From positions 1,302,001-1,366,000 of the forward strand of contig JBBPEB010000007.1 of NCBI GenBank assembly GCA_039096225.1: a stretch of DNA of 64,000 nucleotides, in the 5' to 3' direction. Positions 58,572-64,000 of this stretch are shown piece after piece. Each line of letters starts with the position of its first letter. The first letter of the stretch is position 1. Source of the DNA: Blastocystis sp. Blastoise. Taxonomy: Eukaryota > Protista > Bigyra: Opalinata. The notes under the pieces are model-generated. The model did not search any database. It saw only the letters and a list, made by a program, of their open reading frames with translations, and was not told the DNA's origin. A program made the position numbers and the translations under genes.

Positions 58572-61500
58572 ATGAGTAGAATTACATTTCCTTATACAGA
58601 TACAGACACTATTTTTGATGTATTACAGAATCTGTTTACTTGTTTTAGCCAGAATACTCATAATGACCCTTCTGATATCTTAGTGGTATATAGATTCTTT
58701 ATTTATTTATGAACAATAGGAGTATTGGAAAGAGATAACAGGAGAAGATAGTTTAGAGACTTTTCTCCGTAATAAAGTCGATGATGTGGCATCAAATCAT
58801 CATTGTATGAATGTTATTGGGTTCAATGGTATCGCGTATCATTGCCTGACCTGTTGTCCACATGATCCCATAGTTTTATGTTCTGACTGTTTTTGCCTCC
58901 AAAGTCACGAAGTATCTTTTAAAAAATATTTTTCATATTTCTTATAATAGAATCATAATTACTATATGGAAAAATCTAAAATACATATGCTTTGTCAATG
59001 TAATCAATTTCAAGAACAATCAAAGATTCCTTGCTTGATTCATACAGCAATCGACAATAAAGTTACTAAAAAAATGGATATTGAGTATTTTATTTATTTT
59101 AAATAATGTATATATATATATATATATATATAGTACAATGGGTAAAGTGGCTCAAGGATGTGGAATTCTGATAATGGCTTTATTAAAATATTTTTATGAT
59201 TCTCATGTTGTTCGCGTATTTTTATAATTATAAAAATAATAATATATAGTATTTGTTTTTTTAGAATAATAATAATATATATAAATAATATTTGTATTTT
59301 TAGAATAATAATAATATATATAATAATTATATTTTTTGAATAATAATAAGAATAATAATATATTAATAATATTCATATTTTTAGAATACTGATAATAATA
59401 ATAATAATATATATAATATTTGTTTTTTAGAATAATAACAAGGTATATACAGTTACTGTAGCAAGAGGAATATTAGCGAATTTGATAAAGATTGCAAAAA
59501 CAAGTTTCTTAGCTCAGAAAATCATAAGTTCCCTTTTTATTTCTTCTTGTGTACCTGTAATATTTCCAAATGATATTCCCAATTGTTCTTCTAGAATTAT
59601 TACCCTATTTCAATCTGAACCTCTATTTTTAGATGGTATTCAAAAGAAATATAATCCTTTACAATTACTATTTTGTAAAGAAACACTTTTAAATCGTATT
59701 ACACTTGTATATATTTATATTATTATATTTATAATGCTATTATTTGTGAACATAGTTTTATTAATTATTTTTTTTTATTATTATTGATTTTATTCGTTAT
59801 TTTAATTATTTAATTATATTATTGTTTAATTATATTATTATTTAATTATATGATTCTATTCAATATATTATTATTTAATTAAATTATTCTATTCATTATA
59901 TATATATATTAGGGAGGACCATTATGTGTGTTATTAAATATTCTGATGGCTGAAACGACACTTGTACCTATATTTCAACAAATATATACTTCTGTATATA
60001 TACAATGTATAGAAGCTGCTATAGACCCGAATCATCGTATATATTGAATTATTATTATAATTATTGTTTTTATTAGAATATAATAATAATAATTAATATT
60101 ATTTTCTATATATTTAAATGAATTCTATTCTTTATTTATTATTTTATTTTATTTTATTTCCAATATTTCTTATTTTTTTGTTATAGGAAAATTCTTTGGT
60201 AATGATAATAGAATATTACTGAAGAGTTGTTTTTATTCTATTTATGTATCCTTAAAGAAAACAAAACATCCTTCAACAAGTACTTTTATTCGAAATTTAT
60301 TCTTATTAATTGCAAATAAGAAGAAATCGTGTGATCAACCCAGTATTTAGAATATATTTTATATAACATATATATAGATATATTATTTTTATTATCCATT
60401 TTATTTTCTCTGTAGAGCAATTCCCATTCTGTTTAAATAAAGGAGATCTTATAATATATGATACTCTTCTCTATGTTATGGAGAATATACTTGTCGATTC
60501 ATCAACAATAGCTACATACCTTGTGGATGACTCAAATCAAATCATCGAAGAATTAAAAACATTTCTATTTGAATTCCAAGTATACAATATATTTATTATT
60601 ATATCATTATTATATCATTATAATAGAATATTTCTGTATTTGGTGTATCTATTTTTAATACCTATTCTACAAATCAAAGTGAAATAAAAGAAAAGGAATC
60701 AATTCTTAATCGTTTTATTAAGATTATTCTGCTAATTCTAAGTTCATTATTACATCATCCTTATTATCATGAAGTATATATAGAGTTCTATAAGTTTAAA
60801 CTAGTATTCTATAGGATATCAATCTTCTGTACACATGCCTTTTTATTCCATTGGCCAATCAATTCATGGATTATCACATGACATCTCCTATGTATCCAGT
60901 AAATACAGATATTAATACATATAAACAAGATCTATTGTATTCTCCATCTCTTCCTATACCATCAACATCATCCACTTTTCATTATGAAGAAGACACAGCA
61001 TTCTTCAACTTATTCACTATTTTCTCTATCTATTTAATGTATTGATATATTGTTTATATTATATTATTTTATATATTTTATTAATTTTTATTTTATTATT
61101 TTATATAATTTATTAATTTATATTTTATTAACATATATTTTTTTAACATATATTTTATTAACATATATTTTTTTAACATATATTTTATTATTTTATATTT
61201 TATTATTTTATATATTTTATTAATATATATTTTATTAATATATATTCCAATATATATATTTCATAAATCCTCTAGTCGTCGTGTATCTCCTTCTACATTA
61301 GAAACCTCTCTTTCTTCCTCCTCTTCATTATCTTCTTTCTATATTCTTCAAATTCATTATATATTTAGATTACTTCAAAGTATTCAATATATACAGACAA
61401 TTGATATTAATACTCGATCGTTCTTTCAATCTATTCTCTATAAATATTTCACTACACCATTTGTTTATTTATCCATTCAATCTCTATATGCATCTGCTTT

Positions 61501-61936
61501 AAGTGTATATTATTCTTTATATATCTAAATGATATTATATATATATATATAGCTATTTACTCAATTTATTCCAATTCCCGTGATTATAAACATAGCATAT
61601 TATTATCTTTCTGAGGGATATACTTGGTCTCTTAAAGATGCTATACATACCTATTATGTATCTATCAATGACAACGTAGATCTAGAGAAGAAGCGAAATA
61701 GTATTTCTGGAGAATCTATTCATAATCAAGAGACAGAAGAATCAAGCGATGAATCGATTACTATTCACGTTCATGGATCAGATAAGAATGAGAAGAAGGA
61801 TAGATTTTATGATTGTAATAATAATAATAATAATATTGTTGGTGGTAGTGTCAATAGTAATAATAATTCTATTAATAATAATAATTCTATTAATAATAAT
61901 AATAATAATTCTATTAATAATAATAATTCTATTATT

Positions 61937-61972
<36 letters not shown>

Positions 61973-64000
61973 ATTTCTGATGCTGATACTAGTGAAACAG
62001 ATGATTCTGAAGAAGAAACAACAACAGGAGATAGTTATGATAGTTATGATAGTTATGATGAAGAAGACGAAGAAGAAGAAAGAAGATTAGAAAAGAATAT
62101 CTTTTCATTTCTTCCTTCGTTTCTTCACCTTCTTATTTGTATTATTCAAAGTGATTTTCAATATATAAATGATTTAAATGTATATTTAATTGTTATTCTA
62201 TAGAATTATATATATTTCTAAAGGATATTATATCTACTCAATTCTTCAACTCATTATGTATTTCTCCATTTCCTTTGTCTTTCTATTGGAATATCGTTTC
62301 AACAAATAATATATTTGTATCAACAGAGAGTCAATGTAAGATTACAAATGCTATTAATACTATTATATCTACAGTATATATATTTATTATTTATTAATAA
62401 TACTCTTTAATAACAATCATCATTAAATATATATAAATAGTATGTTCGATCATCTTCTGAAGATAAACAAAATAAAGATATACCTATATTTATACTAAAT
62501 GAAGACTATTATAACCAATTAAAACCATTTACTCTCTTTATTCCTGAATCCAATTTTCATTCCATTATGAATGTATTGTTGTTTTATCATTATATTCTTA
62601 TATTTATTATTTAATTATATATTTATTATTATATATTATTATTTGATTATTATTATTATATTTTTATTATTTAATTATTATTATTATATATTATTATTTA
62701 ATTATTATTATTATTATATATTTATTATTTATTATTATATATTTATTATTTATTATAATCCATTTTATTCTAAATATACGTATATAGACTTATCAGCTAT
62801 ATAATAATAAAGATAATACGAAATATATTCCATTATTAGAAACAGATACGTCTCATAATTTATTATTGTATTCATATATATATAAATAATGTTTTCTTTT
62901 ATTTATAAGTTTCAATAATATATATATAGGTCGAATCTAAATTCATTTTCTGCTTCAACATTGTTTAAAGAGTTATATATATATATTTATCTATATATAA
63001 TTCAGAATCCAGAGAAAAATACAGATTTATTATGCTATTTCTTATGGATCATTGAAATCTACTCTTTAAGTATATATATAAGTTTTTGTATATTGTTTTT
63101 AGTATATTTATATAGATATCAGTTCAACTATACATGATCAAATAATACAAACTATTATTGATATAGATCAAATATCTTCATCTAATTATACACTATTAGA
63201 AATGTGTTTCTGTTCATTTACTTGTAATCATCATAAAATACCTTCAATTCTTTCTGTATATAGTTTTATTTTATGTTTTTTATTTCAATAGTATCTTGTT
63301 ATACATATTTTTGTCTATATATATATAGTCATTACAATCTCTCTCTTTATCAAAAACATCGTTTCCCCACGGAATTAAACAACAAATTACATATATAGTC
63401 TCTTTATTATCCAAGATGATTTCCATAAAAAAAAATGATGATGAAAATAATGATGATATACCAGAATATGATAGGTATATATCCATTTAATCTATATAAT
63501 TTTATAGTCAACAAGTGAAACGAAAAGTCATTGAAGATCAAGTAATTATTATTATTATTATACGTATTGATATTATAATATATAGTTTAGTTCGATGAAT
63601 AATCATTTAAATGCATTTTTAGACCAATGGTCAATTGATGATTCTCAAGGTATATTAAATATATAAATATAATAATAATCATTATTATTATGATTAGATG
63701 TAAGTTTTGTAAAAGAAGACGAGCTGTTCTTAGAATGTTCTATTTGCCATAAGAAGATGAATAGTATTCCTGATCCATCCAATAAAAATGCGCTTTTTAT
63801 TCCAATATCTAAACATATTGATGATTCTTTATGTATATTATTTTGAATTTAAACATATATGTTTATATATATAGTTACATACATAATGAATGGATATATT
63901 GATAATGAGATGAAAGGGAATACTATAGATGATTCAAATTGTATATGAACTATAATATTATTATTTCTATTTCTATATAAAGGGAATAATTGTCAACAAT
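58572..64000 (+). CDS. UBR-box N-recognin-like E3 ligase (UBR1/3/PRT6-like), 3' end outside window
   Basis: UBR box C...AYHCLTC..DP.VLCSDCF...HENH...CQC...C..H, then FILNEDYYNQLKPF (winged-helix-like), and the start of a RING, LECSICH, near 63730. Exons in phase. Confidence 0.75.

Noticed and set aside
60246-60255. GTATCCTTAA as a U12 GT-AG donor in the UBR gene
   Set aside because: It lies inside an open exon (YVSLKK) whose flanking GT-AG introns are already in phase.

Overview
Very AT-rich, intron-dense eukaryotic (protist) DNA read with the standard code. The mix of tiny introns, U12-type introns and gene content is compatible with a Blastocystis-like stramenopile, but that is inference only. 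Most ORF-track entries are exon fragments or microsatellite artefacts, so I rebuilt gene models by hand from splice phases. Genes in order: PA200/Blm10 (3' part), signal-anchored ankyrin protein, Hsp10, PAK/STE20 kinase, ZCCHC10, FUBP-like KH protein, Rix1/PELP1-like protein, a complete 3.5-kb hAT transposon (22-bp TIRs, 8-bp TSD), a giant repeat-rich membrane protein, two intergenic tandem arrays (one of 17 hairpins), Nup96, Nup98, an HSL-family esterase, a small multi-TM protein, an AAAP amino-acid transporter, a possible DENN-like protein, ORC6 and a UBR-box E3 ligase (5' part). Two things stand out. First, the Nup98-Nup96 precursor is split by a stop codon exactly at the HF|S autocleavage site, and Nup98 carries an inserted ubiquitin-like domain. 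Second, the splicing landscape is unusual: U12 AT-AC introns, a GC-AG intron, a 22-nt intron, (TA)n-capped introns, and three introns (one in the transposase) that fit best with a GT...AT end and no AG.
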